64,000 nt of DNA, from the NCBI GenBank assembly GCA_002245135.1, contig NGBS01000293.1, positions 62,001 to 126,000 of the forward strand, given 5' to 3'. Positions within the stretch are counted from its first letter, which is position 1; every line of letters starts with the position of its first letter. The position numbers and the translations under genes are program-made. Origin of the DNA: Proteromonas lacertae (taxonomy: Eukaryota). The notes beneath the pieces are model-generated. The model was not told the DNA's origin. It worked only from the letters and a program-made list of their open reading frames with translations, and did not search any database. Shown here in pieces: positions 1 through 10,657 of the stretch.

Positions 1-1180
1 GGTTTAAAGGCGAGATAAGTCGAGATAATCGAGATGGAACATATGATATTCGATATGATGATGGAGATCGAGAGAGTGGTGTTCAATCCAACTTTATTAA
101 ATTAATTCAATCTTCTGCTAATAATATAATTCCGTCTTCATCTTTTAAAGAAGGAGATAAGATTGAAGCTCGATATCATGGTGGAGCCAGATGGTTTAAA
201 GGCGAGATAAGTCGAGATAATCGAGATGGAACATATGATATTCGATATGATGATGGAGATAGAGAAAGTTATGTAAAAGCAGAGAATATTCGAAAAATTG
301 GAGAAAACAGTAATACCACGACTTTCAAAGTGGGTGATAAAATCGAAGCTCGATATCATGGTGGAGCGAGATGGTTTAAAGGAGAGATAAGTCGAGATAA
401 TTATGATGGAACTTATGATGTAAGATATGATGATGGTGATAGAGAAACAGCAGTAAAATATGATTGTATAAGAAAGATCGGAGGTGGATTAGATGAAAAA
501 CCAACAACAACCTCTTCATCATTTAAAGAAGGAGATAAAATAGAAGCCAGATATCATGGTGGAGCCAGATGGTTTAAAGGCGAGATAAGTCGAGATAATC
601 GAGATGGAACATATGATGTTAGATATGATGATGGAGATCGAGAGAGTTATGTAAAATCAGATTGTATAAGAAAAATAGGTGGATTAGAAGAAAAACCAAC
701 AAGTTCTTCATTGTTTAAAGAAGGTGATAAGATTGAAGCTCGATATCATGGTGGAGCCAGATGGTTTAAAGGCGAGATAAGTCGAGATAATCGAGATGGA
801 ACATATGATATTCGATATGATGATGGAGATCGAGAGAGTGGTGTTCAATCCAACTTTATTAAATTAATTCAATCTTCTGCTAATAATATAATTCCGTCTT
901 CATCTTTTAAAGAAGGAGATAAGATCGAAGCCAGATATCATGGTGGAGCCAGATGGTTTAAAGGCGAGATAAGTCGAGATAATCGAGATGGAACATATGA
1001 TATTCGATATGATGATGGAGATAGAGAAAGTTATGTAAAAGCAGAGAATATTCGAAAAATTGGAGAAAACAGTAATACCACGACTTTCAAAGTGGGTGAT
1101 AAAATCGAAGCTCGATATCATGGTGGAGCCAGATGGTTTAAAGGAGAGATAAGTCGAGATAATTATGATGGAACTTATGA
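1..1180 (+). repeat. Higher-order internal duplication with 762-bp period (four domains)
   Basis: nt 1-~420 is nearly identical to 763-~1180, including the unique linkers. Antisense ORFs 138..359 and 900..1121 are offset by exactly 762. Confidence 0.85.
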
Positions 1181-2084
1181 TATTCGATATGATGATGGAG
1201 ATAGAGAAAGTTATGTAAAATCAGATTATATTCGAAAGATTGGAGGTGGATTAGATGAAAAATCTACATTATCATTGTCATCTACATCATTCAGAGAAGG
1301 TGATAAAGTTGAAGCGAGGTATAGAGGTGGTGCTAGATATTTCAAAGGAGAGATTACTAGAAAAAATTATGACGGAACTTACGATATTCGTTATGATGAT
1401 GGAGATAGAGAAAATAGTGTTAAACCTGAAAATATCAGAAAATTAGAAGGTATGACTGGTGTTGCTTCATTTAGAGAAGGAGATAAAATAGAAGCCAGAT
1501 ATCATGGTGGAGCAAGATGGTTTAAAGGAGAAATAAGTCGAGATAATCGAGATGGAACATATGATATTCGATATGATGATGGAGATAGAGAAAGTTATGT
1601 AAAATCTGAATGTATAAGAAGAATACAACAAAATGCAACTGTTGATAATTTCTCAGGTAATAATTACTCAACAACATTCCGTGAAGGAGATAAAATAGAA
1701 GCTCGATATCATGGTGGTGCTAAATGGTTTAAAGGAGAGATAACTAGAGATAATCGTGATGGAACTTATGATATTCGATATGATGATGGAGATAAAGAAA
1801 ACTATGTAAAAGCTGATTATATTAGAAAGGTTAGAAGTGTATCATTCATGATAGGACCTAAAGGTGCATTTTCAGAAGGACAAGAAGTCTTAGTGACATT
1901 AGGATCTAGAGAAACTACTGCAACAATAAAGAATGTAAATGGAGATGGAACATATGATATAAAGTTCTATGATGGAGAAGTGAAAAGATATGTAGATGAA
2001 AGAGATTTGAAAGTGAATACTAGAAATTTAACTGCAACAACTAGAAATATTGGATATAGAAGTAGTAGGAAAGGATCATTTTAG
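1..2084 (+). CDS. Tandem Tudor/Agenet-like (LBR-Tudor-like) repeat protein, 5'-truncated by the window edge
   Basis: The frame is open from nt 3 to TAG at 2082-2084. It holds about 11 copies (first partial, last degenerate) of GDKIEARYHGGARWFKGEISRDNRDGTYDIRYDDGDRE. The W..G.I.....YD(I/V).YDDG pattern is Tudor-like. No introns are visible. Confidence 0.8.
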   Translation, partial: FKGEISRDNRDGTYDIRYDDGDRESGVQSNFIKLIQSSANNIIPSSSFKEGDKIEARYHGGARWFKGEISRDNRDGTYDIRYDDGDRESYVKAENIRKIGENSNTTTFKVGDKIEARYHGGARWFKGEISRDNYDGTYDVRYDDGDRETAVKYDCIRKIGGGLDEKPTTTSSSFKEGDKIEARYHGGARWFKGEISRDNRDGTYDVRYDDGDRESYVKSDCIRKIGGLEEKPTSSSLFKEGDKIEARYHGGARWFKGEISRDNRDGTYDIRYDDGDRESGVQSNFIKLIQSSANNIIPSSSFKEGDKIEARYHGGARWFKGEISRDNRDGTYDIRYDDGDRESYVKAENIRKIGENSNTTTFKVGDKIEARYHGGARWFKGEISRDNYDGTYDIRYDDGDRESYVKSDYIRKIGGGLDEKSTLSLSSTSFREGDKVEARYRGGARYFKGEITRKNYDGTYDIRYDDGDRENSVKPENIRKLEGMTGVASFREGDKIEARYHGGARWFKGEISRDNRDGTYDIRYDDGDRESYVKSECIRRIQQNATVDNFSGNNYSTTFREGDKIEARYHGGAKWFKGEITRDNRDGTYDIRYDDGDKENYVKADYIRKVRSVSFMIGPKGAFSEGQEVLVTLGSRETTATIKNVNGDGTYDIKFYDGEVKRYVDERDLKVNTRNLTATTRNIGYRSSRKGSF

Positions 2085-2258
2085 TTTATATATATATAGT
2101 TCACCTTCTTTAATATTTTTTTTATCTTTGATTTTGTTTTATGTTGTTTAATTTTTGATGTATAAATGAAGATCTCAAGAATTAAGTGAATAAAACTTAT
2201 ACATTCTTCTCAAACTGTATTTTGAGCTTGAAGTTTTATTGTTTTTTTTGAAGTTTTT

Positions 2259-3097
2259 ATGAGTGAAGCAGAGTTTTATTATTGTCATATATGTCAGTAT
2301 TGATGTTATGCGCTATAAATTTAGACAAGAAGTGAATGTTGATATGAACTTTGAAGGGGATTATGTCTGTGAACAAGTATTAGGTTAATTTATATCTTAT
2401 AGTGTAAAAATACTTTTATTGAAATTCAAAGAAGAAGAGTATTATATAGAAATGCTATTTACTGTAGATTCCAAGGAGAGACCATTCCTTCATACGTAGA
2501 TTACCTGAAATGCCAATCCAAACGTCTGGATCAGTAGAAGCATCCAATGTATGGGTTATAATTACTCATTTTTTAGTTTCTAAGAGAAATTTTTGTTGCT
2601 ATGGGACAACCCTCTAGATTTTTATCATTAAGAAGATCACATACCCCCTTTGCAGAGTATTGCTATGATTATTATCACTATATGTTGTAGTTTAGTAAAT
2701 TTATTTGTTGATGGATTAGCAGAAGCTAGTTATCCCGAAGTAAGATTAGGTATAAATGGATTTGGTGGTTTTGAGAATAGTTTACAAGATATTGCTAATT
2801 TTCTTATGTTCAATGATCAGAATAGAGTATATTGAATATATCTTTTTTATGTATCAATAGTATGGACCACCTCCAACGAAAAAGTCAGTATTAAGTAGTT
2901 TACCTACAAAAGTATTAAAAGAAGAAGATATAAATGAAGAAACAGATTGCGCTGTTTGTAAGGATTCGTTTAATGTCGGTGATGAAGTGTTAGTTATACC
3001 GTGTGAGCATATGTTTCATCCTGATTGTATAAAACCTTGGTTAAAAGAGCATTGTAGTTGTCCTGTGTGTAGATATAAGCTACCTAGTGAAGATTAA
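2259..3097 (+). CDS. RING-H2 E3 ubiquitin ligase, RNF115/RNF126-like (multi-exon)
   Basis: Removing introns 2297-2324, 2377-2402 and 2439-2467 gives MSEAEFYYCHICQQEV...YVCEQCKNTFIE (N-terminal zinc ribbon). The last exon encodes GPPPT...CAVCKDSF...IPCEHMFHPDCIKPWLKEHCSCPVCR; TAA at 3095-3097. Confidence 0.9.
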
Positions 3098-3279
3098 GGG
3101 ATTTTGAGTATACAGTTTAATCTTTTATATTTTATTATTTTTTAATTTGTAAAATTATACTTGTTTATGTTATTATTTTGTATATTGGATTTGCATTTAA
3201 TGAGATTGATAATAATTGTAATTGGAGTCGTTTCATTGTTGAAATACTTGGCTTGATATTTCATTAAAAATCTCAAAAA

Positions 3280-5024
3280 ATGTCAATTAATTCAGATGAG
3301 GTTAATGTTTTAGTTTATAGGTATTTGCAAGAATCTGGTATTTTATATTTCTATTGAATTAAATGAAATAGGCTTCACTCATACTGCTTATTCCTTTGCT
3401 TGTGAAAGTTTGGTAATGCAAAGTGGTATTCAAATTTCTGATGTTCAACCTGGATCATTAGTCTCATATCTAATAAAAGGATTGCAGTATACAGAAATAG
3501 AAACTCATCTTAAGTCAGTATAGAATTAAATCATATTATTATGTATTAGGATGGTACTACTCAAGAATGTAACCAGCCATTTTCATTAATAGGTGAACAT
3601 GTCTGTACATGCTCTAAACAACCAAGTATTCCAAATTAAATTACATATTTCTCATATTTATAGTCCAAGAAAATGAATTAATCGAAGAAGAAGTGACATT
3701 AACTCCAATCAATCTATTAGCAAAAAGTAATGTTCTAACGCTTGCCAATCACAATGGTGAGACATATAGTATTCAGTGGACTCCTAATGGTGATATGTTA
3801 GCATCCTGTAGTGAAGATTCATTTGTAATAATCTGGAATATTCCAAACGGAAATTGTTGTGAAGAAAAAAACAATGATATAAAAAGTGAATGTATTAGAT
3901 TGCATGCTCCTAATGTGTCAAGTACAATAGCTAATAATCAACATAATTTCAATCAAATAAAAGAAAAACCGTGGATACCTTATGTAATAAGATGGAGTGT
4001 ATATATATATATACATTATATTATATTTATAGAGAACTGGTGAAGATCTAGTTGCTTGTTACAATAATGGTCAAATGAGAGTTTGGGATAATAGTGGTGA
4101 GGTAAAAAGTGATTTAAAAAGTCATACTTCTCAAGTGATCTGTTTAGAATATTGTGAAGATAATCACTTTATGGCAAGTGGTGGATCAGATAATAAATTA
4201 ATAATATGGAACACTGATAACTATACAATTTATAAGACTTTTGAAATAATAAATAATAATAATGTAATGGAGATAGAAGGTGGAGATAATGAAGCAGAAG
4301 GAGATAATAATAATACTAAAAATGATGAGATATTGGATATTGCTTGGAAGAACAGTAATAGTCTATTATGTTGTAGTTCCAAAGGTAATATTTATTATTT
4401 TAAAATGAGTGAAGATAATGCTGTTGTAGTAGTAAAGAATGGTCATAATAAAGATATAAATGAAATAGCTTGGAATAAAGATAAAAGCATTTTTGCAACT
4501 TGTAGTGATGATGGAAAAGTAAAATTATGGAAAGAAGAAGAAGAAGAAGAAAAAGAAATAAAAAGTGAAAATAATAAAATAAAGGTAATAAACACATCAA
4601 CATTAGATGGTCATTCTGGAATAGTTTATACAATGAAATGGAGTTATTCAATAGAACACAGTAATCTACTAGCATCGTATAATCTATTAATATATATAAT
4701 TATTTTATTTTTTATTTTTATAGATGTTCAAATGATAGTAATGTAATAGTGTGGAATACTTTAAATAATTCAATGGTATATAAATTTGAACATCATAGTG
4801 ATTGTATCTATGGATTATCGTGGAATTATAATGGTACTTGTATAGCTAGTGGATCTTTAGATGGAATAACTTATGTTTGGAATGCTACAACAGGAGAAAT
4901 ATATCGAGGATATAAAGAAGCAGGAGTATATGAAACTGAATGGAGTTGTGCTAGTCACAAGATCGCCTCTTGTCATTGTAATGGTTTAATTACAATAATG
5001 GATGAACCAAAGTTTAAAAATTGA
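3280..5024 (+). CDS. TBL1: LisH + WD40 protein, TBL1/TBL1XR1/Sif2-like (multi-exon)
   Basis: Spliced N-terminus [32 protein letters not shown] matches the TBL1 LisH motif. WD40 repeats follow in ORFs 3693, 4075 and 4749. Confidence 0.85.
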
Positions 5025-5147
5025 TAATAAAATATAATTCATAAATACTTTTATAAAATTCTTATTAAAAATATTCAATTAGTTATGTTGAAAGAAAATA
5101 AAAAATAATGAAACGGATATATTATTTTAATAATTGAGACATCGTTT

Positions 5148-6056
5148 ATGAAATATAGTGCATTTTGTATATTATTAATAATTGTGTACAACATATCGGG
5201 TGAGTGGACACCCAATTTGAGTATTGACACTATGCAAGAATTATTGAAAGACAAATATCAAGGTTGTAGTTTTATTATGAATGATGTATTATTTAAATTT
5301 GCATCATTGATATTTGAATATGATATGCAATCTCGTAATGAACGTGTTTGGTTTGATGTTGGAGCAAATCAAGGTCAATTCACGAAGTATGTATCTGATG
5401 CAATACCAAATGCTAAAATATACTCTTTCGAACCATTTGAACCTGTCTATGAATCCTTAAAGTGTAGTTTGAAAGATTATGGAAATGTTAAGGTATTTAT
5501 AGATTATATAACTTAATAGCTGTTTAATGTAGCTGTTTCAAATACAAGTGAAATAAACAAACCATTTTATACTCAGATAGGGAAAGAAAATGATATTGGT
5601 TTTACTAGATCCTCTCTTGATAAGATATATGATGATTATTATGTATATGAATATATTAACACAACAACATTAAATGATTTTTGTATTGAAAATGGTATAA
5701 AAGAAATATTCTTTATAAAAATTGACACTGAAGGTTATGATGGAATAATTCTAAAGAATTCAATGAATTTACTCAAAGAAAATAAAGTGAAGTATTTGTA
5801 CTTTGAATTTAATAATGATTGGAAAACAGTCGATCCAAATGTGACTTGGAGAGATATAGTGAAAGAAATTACAAATTATGGATATAATGTATATATTGAA
5901 ACAGGAAATATAATATATTTAAGTGATGTTATTATTGATCTATTGGATATTATTGGAGTTACTAAAGAATTTTGTTTTAATTTTCTAGCAATAAGAAGAG
6001 GTTTAGAATTTGAAAGGAATATAATGAATAGATTATGTCCCAAATGTGGGTATTAA
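5148..6056 (+). CDS. FkbM-family (Methyltransf_21) SAM methyltransferase with N-terminal signal/anchor, copy A
   Basis: Motifs FDVGANQG, YSFEP and FIKIDTEGYD. One 27-nt intron (5493-5519) joins the exons in frame, giving 293 aa. Confidence 0.88.
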
Positions 6057-6751
6057 ATGAAATAATCAGTATTTATTTATTCAATATTTCATGAATTGTT
6101 TATATATATCTCATAAAATTAATATTTCTAATCCTTTTTCACTCATCCCAATATCATTTCGCTGTTATTACTACAATAACTAAAATCTGAATTTGATATA
6201 GGAAATTAGAGAATAATGTTTTAATCCTGTAGAATGAATATTCTTATTTAATTGATTAAATCACACTATTTTCAATGTAAATATTATATACTATCATATC
6301 TTCTATTATTTTAAGTTCAAAAATAAATCACAGATATTTAGATTATATTCACTTACATATATTACATTACACTTACTGTTAAACCATAATCTTTAAATAT
6401 CTTTACAAATTCTATTTATTATATCAAACTATTCAACCATTTCCTTCTTTACTCTAAATATTTATAATTTTCACCATTTTTACTTCATTAGCTTCTTCTA
6501 CCATCAAATCTATTTCACTATCACTCTTCTCCATTTTTTTCTCATCAATTTCATATATTTTATAATGCATACCCCAAATTTTGATAAGAGCTTATCAATA
6601 CAATTCATTATGAAGAACTTGAGATGAAAATCCCCAATTATTAAAAATCAAAAACCCATTCACAAGATTAATAATGTATAATAATAATCATAATATATTA
6701 AAAAAACGAAATAATATTATATTATCAGTAAAAAAATGATTTTCATAATTT

Positions 6752-7902
6752 TTACTTAAATGTTAAGCTTAGATTTCTTTTCAATATAATTTCCTTACAA
6801 CTTTCAAACACATGCTTCACGTTATTACTATCAGTAGCACAAGTAACACAAGTGTAGACATCTTTCTCACCAGCTTGTTGTTTAAACAAATTCTCAATGT
6901 AATTAGTAGCTTTTTGTTGTACACCACATTCACAAGGGAAATCATTGGGATAACCTCCACCACAAGTGCAGATACCATATTCATAATCTAAAAACATACC
7001 TGGATCATCAGGACCAGTAGATGGTCTTCTAATATCATGAACTTTAATTTTCTTTTCAAACAAATCTCTCTTGTTCAAGAATAAAATCATTGATGTGTTA
7101 GAAAAATAAGGACTATTGGATATTTCTTTAAATAAAGTATATGCTTCTACTAATCTGTTTTGTGTGTTATCTTCGTACAATACTTGATCGTATTCATTAA
7201 TAGCTGCGACAAATATAACAGCAGTTACATTATCAAAACAGTGAATCCATTTCTTTCGCTCATTTCTTTGACCACCTACATCATACATAACGAATAATGC
7301 ACCATCTATCTTATAAGCTTCTTCTACAATACCACTAGTTCTTACCCTGCATCTTAACATATCATCATCAGTTGCAATATAGTCAGCTTGAGCTAAACGA
7401 TCTATGTTATCAAAGAAATAATCAACAGCATCGACTAATTGGAACTTTGCTTTATCTTTAAATGTCTCTTGAACACCAGGATCTGACCATAATGTTCGAA
7501 TATATCCTCCTACTAATTCATCCACTTCAGCTTCTGGACTAATTGTCATAAATTCATCGGCTATTTCTGGATTTTCAAGCTCATGGCCTAATATTTGGGA
7601 ATTCTCTATTAATGTTCTCATTCCAAGAATGGCATTATTATATATAACTGGTACTTTAGCTTTACGATCTTCTTCAGTATATCCAATACCGTACAACAAC
7701 TACGAAGAATTAGAAATAAAAATTCAAATACTTTCATTTGTTTAAAAACAGTACTTTTACCTGATTCACCAGCACCTAATAATAGCAACTTGATTTTAGC
7801 TTGATCATTATTGAAGTCTCTCTCATTTAATCTATCTAGCTTGTGAGATTCTAATTCAGCCTGTCTATCGGCTTCACTCATTGATGATCCACAAATTCCC
7901 AT
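6752..7902 (-). CDS. Heterotrimeric G protein alpha subunit
   Basis: MGICGS myristoylation/palmitoylation-type start, GAGESGKS P-loop, RVRTSG, DVGGQRNERKKW, FLNKRD and TCATD motifs. One 32-nt intron at 7700-7731. Confidence 0.95.
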
Positions 7903-8270
7903 ATTTTTATGATAATATAAACTTAATAAATAGGTTTTAAAAATGCAAACGGTGAAGTAACGAAATGTCCGTTTCAAATATTGAAAGGAGTTTTCACAAA
8001 ATTAATGGTGTTAAGCAAATTATAATAGCAATACAACCATCGAAAATGCTTTATTAAAATATATATCATATTATTGAATGATAATAAACACATTAATGAG
8101 ATTAGAATTAATTTGTTTTTTGTTTTTTTTCAAATGCTTTGAATATAACACATTCTTACTTCAACATATTAGAAAACGTTATTGAAATTATATAATTTTA
8201 TAATGAAATTCATTTATGAAATGTTTGATTCATATCAAGCTTTTTTGAAAATCATTTTTGCATTCTTCGT

Positions 8271-9457
8271 ATGAATCCAGATAAAGATTATGTATATAGA
8301 ATATATATTCATATTTTATTTGCATTTATATATTGATAAACAACAAATTTATTTGTTTTTATTTTATAGATAGCTCCTTCCCTCACATTAAAATCCTTTA
8401 CATATGTATAATTGACATTATAATATATTACTTTAGTGGGTATGTTCAATATCAGCATATTTAACATTCGCTTTTTCGTTATGTTATCTTTCTACAGCTT
8501 ATGGTGAATGGAAAAAGTATGATTCAACATGGAGATTTACATATGGTGTAACAAATTTATCAACACCATGGCCATCTTGGATTATTGTTTCACTGTATTT
8601 CAAAATTAATTATCTATAGATATGCCTTTTTCGTAAAATTCTTCCAATATTATATGAAAGATCGTGAACCCTTTAAGCTTCGCACATTTTCTATATGTCA
8701 TAACGGTTTTCTCTCAATCATCTCAATAATCCCATTTGTAGTAATAATGAAGAACTTAGTCCAATCGTTCATATCAACCTATAGCATATGGTATCTTACC
8801 TGTTCAGTAGAAATGCATGACAATAGTGAATTACAGTTTATTTACTATCTCAATTACTTCCTCAAATTTTTCGAATTGATTGATACTTTTATATTAGTAT
8901 TTCGAAAAAAGCCAGTGGATAATTTACATTTTTTCCACCATGGTGCTACAGTAATCTTAACATACTATGAGCAGTTATATCATTCGACTGTACAATGGGG
9001 ACCAATAGTGTTTAATGTCTTTGTATATATTTATATATATATATATATATAGGTTCATATTATAATGTATTATTATTACATGTTATCTTGTATTGGAATC
9101 CGTAATATATGGTGGAAAAAGCATTTAACAACATTACAAATATCACAATTCGTTGTAGACTTAGTAGTATGTATGTATGCTTGGTTGAATGGTTATACTG
9201 TGAGAAGTTGTAATGGTACAGCTGAAGGAGCAATTATTGGAGTTGGTTTGATTGGAATTTACTTGATATTATTCTTACAATTCTATGGTAGAACTTATAT
9301 AAGGAAAGATAAGAAAGATAATGATGAGGAAAAGAAGAATGAAGTAGAAGATAATGAGAATAAAGAAGGTGAAGAAGAAGAAGAAGGTGAAGAAGAAGAA
9401 AGTGAAGAAGAAGAAGAAGTTAAACCAGTAAGAGGAAGAAAATTAAAGAAAGATTAG
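8271..9457 (+). CDS. ELO/GNS1/SUR4 fatty acid elongase (multi-exon)
   Basis: KFFELIDTFILV and LHFFHH histidine box, MYYYY, TTLQISQF, and a C-terminal KLKKD ER-retrieval-type end. Four introns splice in frame from ATG 8271. Confidence 0.9.
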
Positions 9458-9721
9458 AAAAATACCTCTAATTCATTTTTAAATTATACACAAAAATAAA
9501 CAAACATTATTTTATTTTATTTTATTTTTATTAGTCAATTATATAGTTATTTGACATGTTATTATTATTATTATTTTGATGAAATTTAAGAAATGTTGAT
9601 CTGGATTGGGATAAATGCTCTTCAAAATACACAAATACGAATATGTTAATGATTATTAAAACGAATGAAACATAATGATTAGTGTTATTTAGGAAAAATT
9701 TTGTAATTAAATATAATTCTA

Positions 9722-10527
9722 CTAAAAAGGTTTAAATTTTCTTTGTTCTTTCATTTTCTTAATCTTTTCTTTATCTTTCTCAAACTGTTCTCTTAATTGT
9801 GCTAGCCTATTACGTTTTTCTTCTCTAAATTGGAATCTATAAAAGTTCTTTAATTCTGTATTCTTCTTCTTCTTTGGCTTCTTAGCTAGATCACTTATAT
9901 CTGTTGGGTTCTTTCGTTTTTTAACCATAATCCAACCTTCATCTTTTTCTTCAGCTTCTCTCTTTTTTCTTTCTTCAAGAGCTTCTTCCTCTTTTCTTTT
10001 ACACTCCTCTAAAGCTAATTCTACTTCATTTTTATATTTATTTATTGGTATATGTTCATTTTCATACATTGAAATCCATTCTATATTCAATTACATAAAT
10101 ATAAAAATACTTTCTAGATTAGTCGGTTCATCTGATTCTATTTGACGATGCCTAAATGACTCTAATAATTCATGTGAAGGTTTGAACATATCTTTAACAT
10201 GATGTTTATGATCATATTTAAGCCTGTAAAATCTGGCATTTATACCATTTGATAATGTATCTGTTTCAACTTCTAGTATATTACCAAACACACTAAACAA
10301 AGACTATTCAATAAATCCAATATTCTATACTATCACATCATTATCTGTCATAATATGAGGAATATTTGTTACAAAAACGGTGTCTCCACTATCTGCTTCA
10401 GTTTTACTATTTATGTATATCTTAATACTTCATACCCATGTACTCGTATATAGAAATAATGAGCTCCTACTCCATATGCAAAATTCCAAGGCAATATGGA
10501 GCATTTTGAGATTTTTTGAAGTTCCAT
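9722..10527 (-). CDS. RRP7: Ribosomal RNA processing protein 7 (multi-exon)
   Basis: N-terminus AHYFYIRVHG...TVFVTNIP. C-terminus DEGWIMV...ELKNFYRFQFRE...FEKDKEKIKKMKEQRKFKPF is the characteristic RRP7 tail. Confidence 0.9.
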
Positions 10528-10657
10528 TATCCGAAAACCATACACCGATTTTGACCATCGGTTAAAAAGGTAGGAATATTAAAATTGTGTTAAGCCTCAT
10601 CAAGAAACCAGGCTGATATCTAAGATATATTTTTTTGATTTAAGAAGCCTGTGATTA

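Noticed and set aside
1..1830. Regularly spaced repeats resembling a CRISPR array
   Set aside because: The units are ~190-nt in-frame protein domains within one ORF; the context is eukaryotic and there are no cas genes.
6070..6700. Coding-like purine-rich minus-strand sequence downstream of G-alpha
   Set aside because: All frames I tried contain stops, and I found no consistent splice model or recognisable motif. It may be a decayed fragment but cannot be supported.
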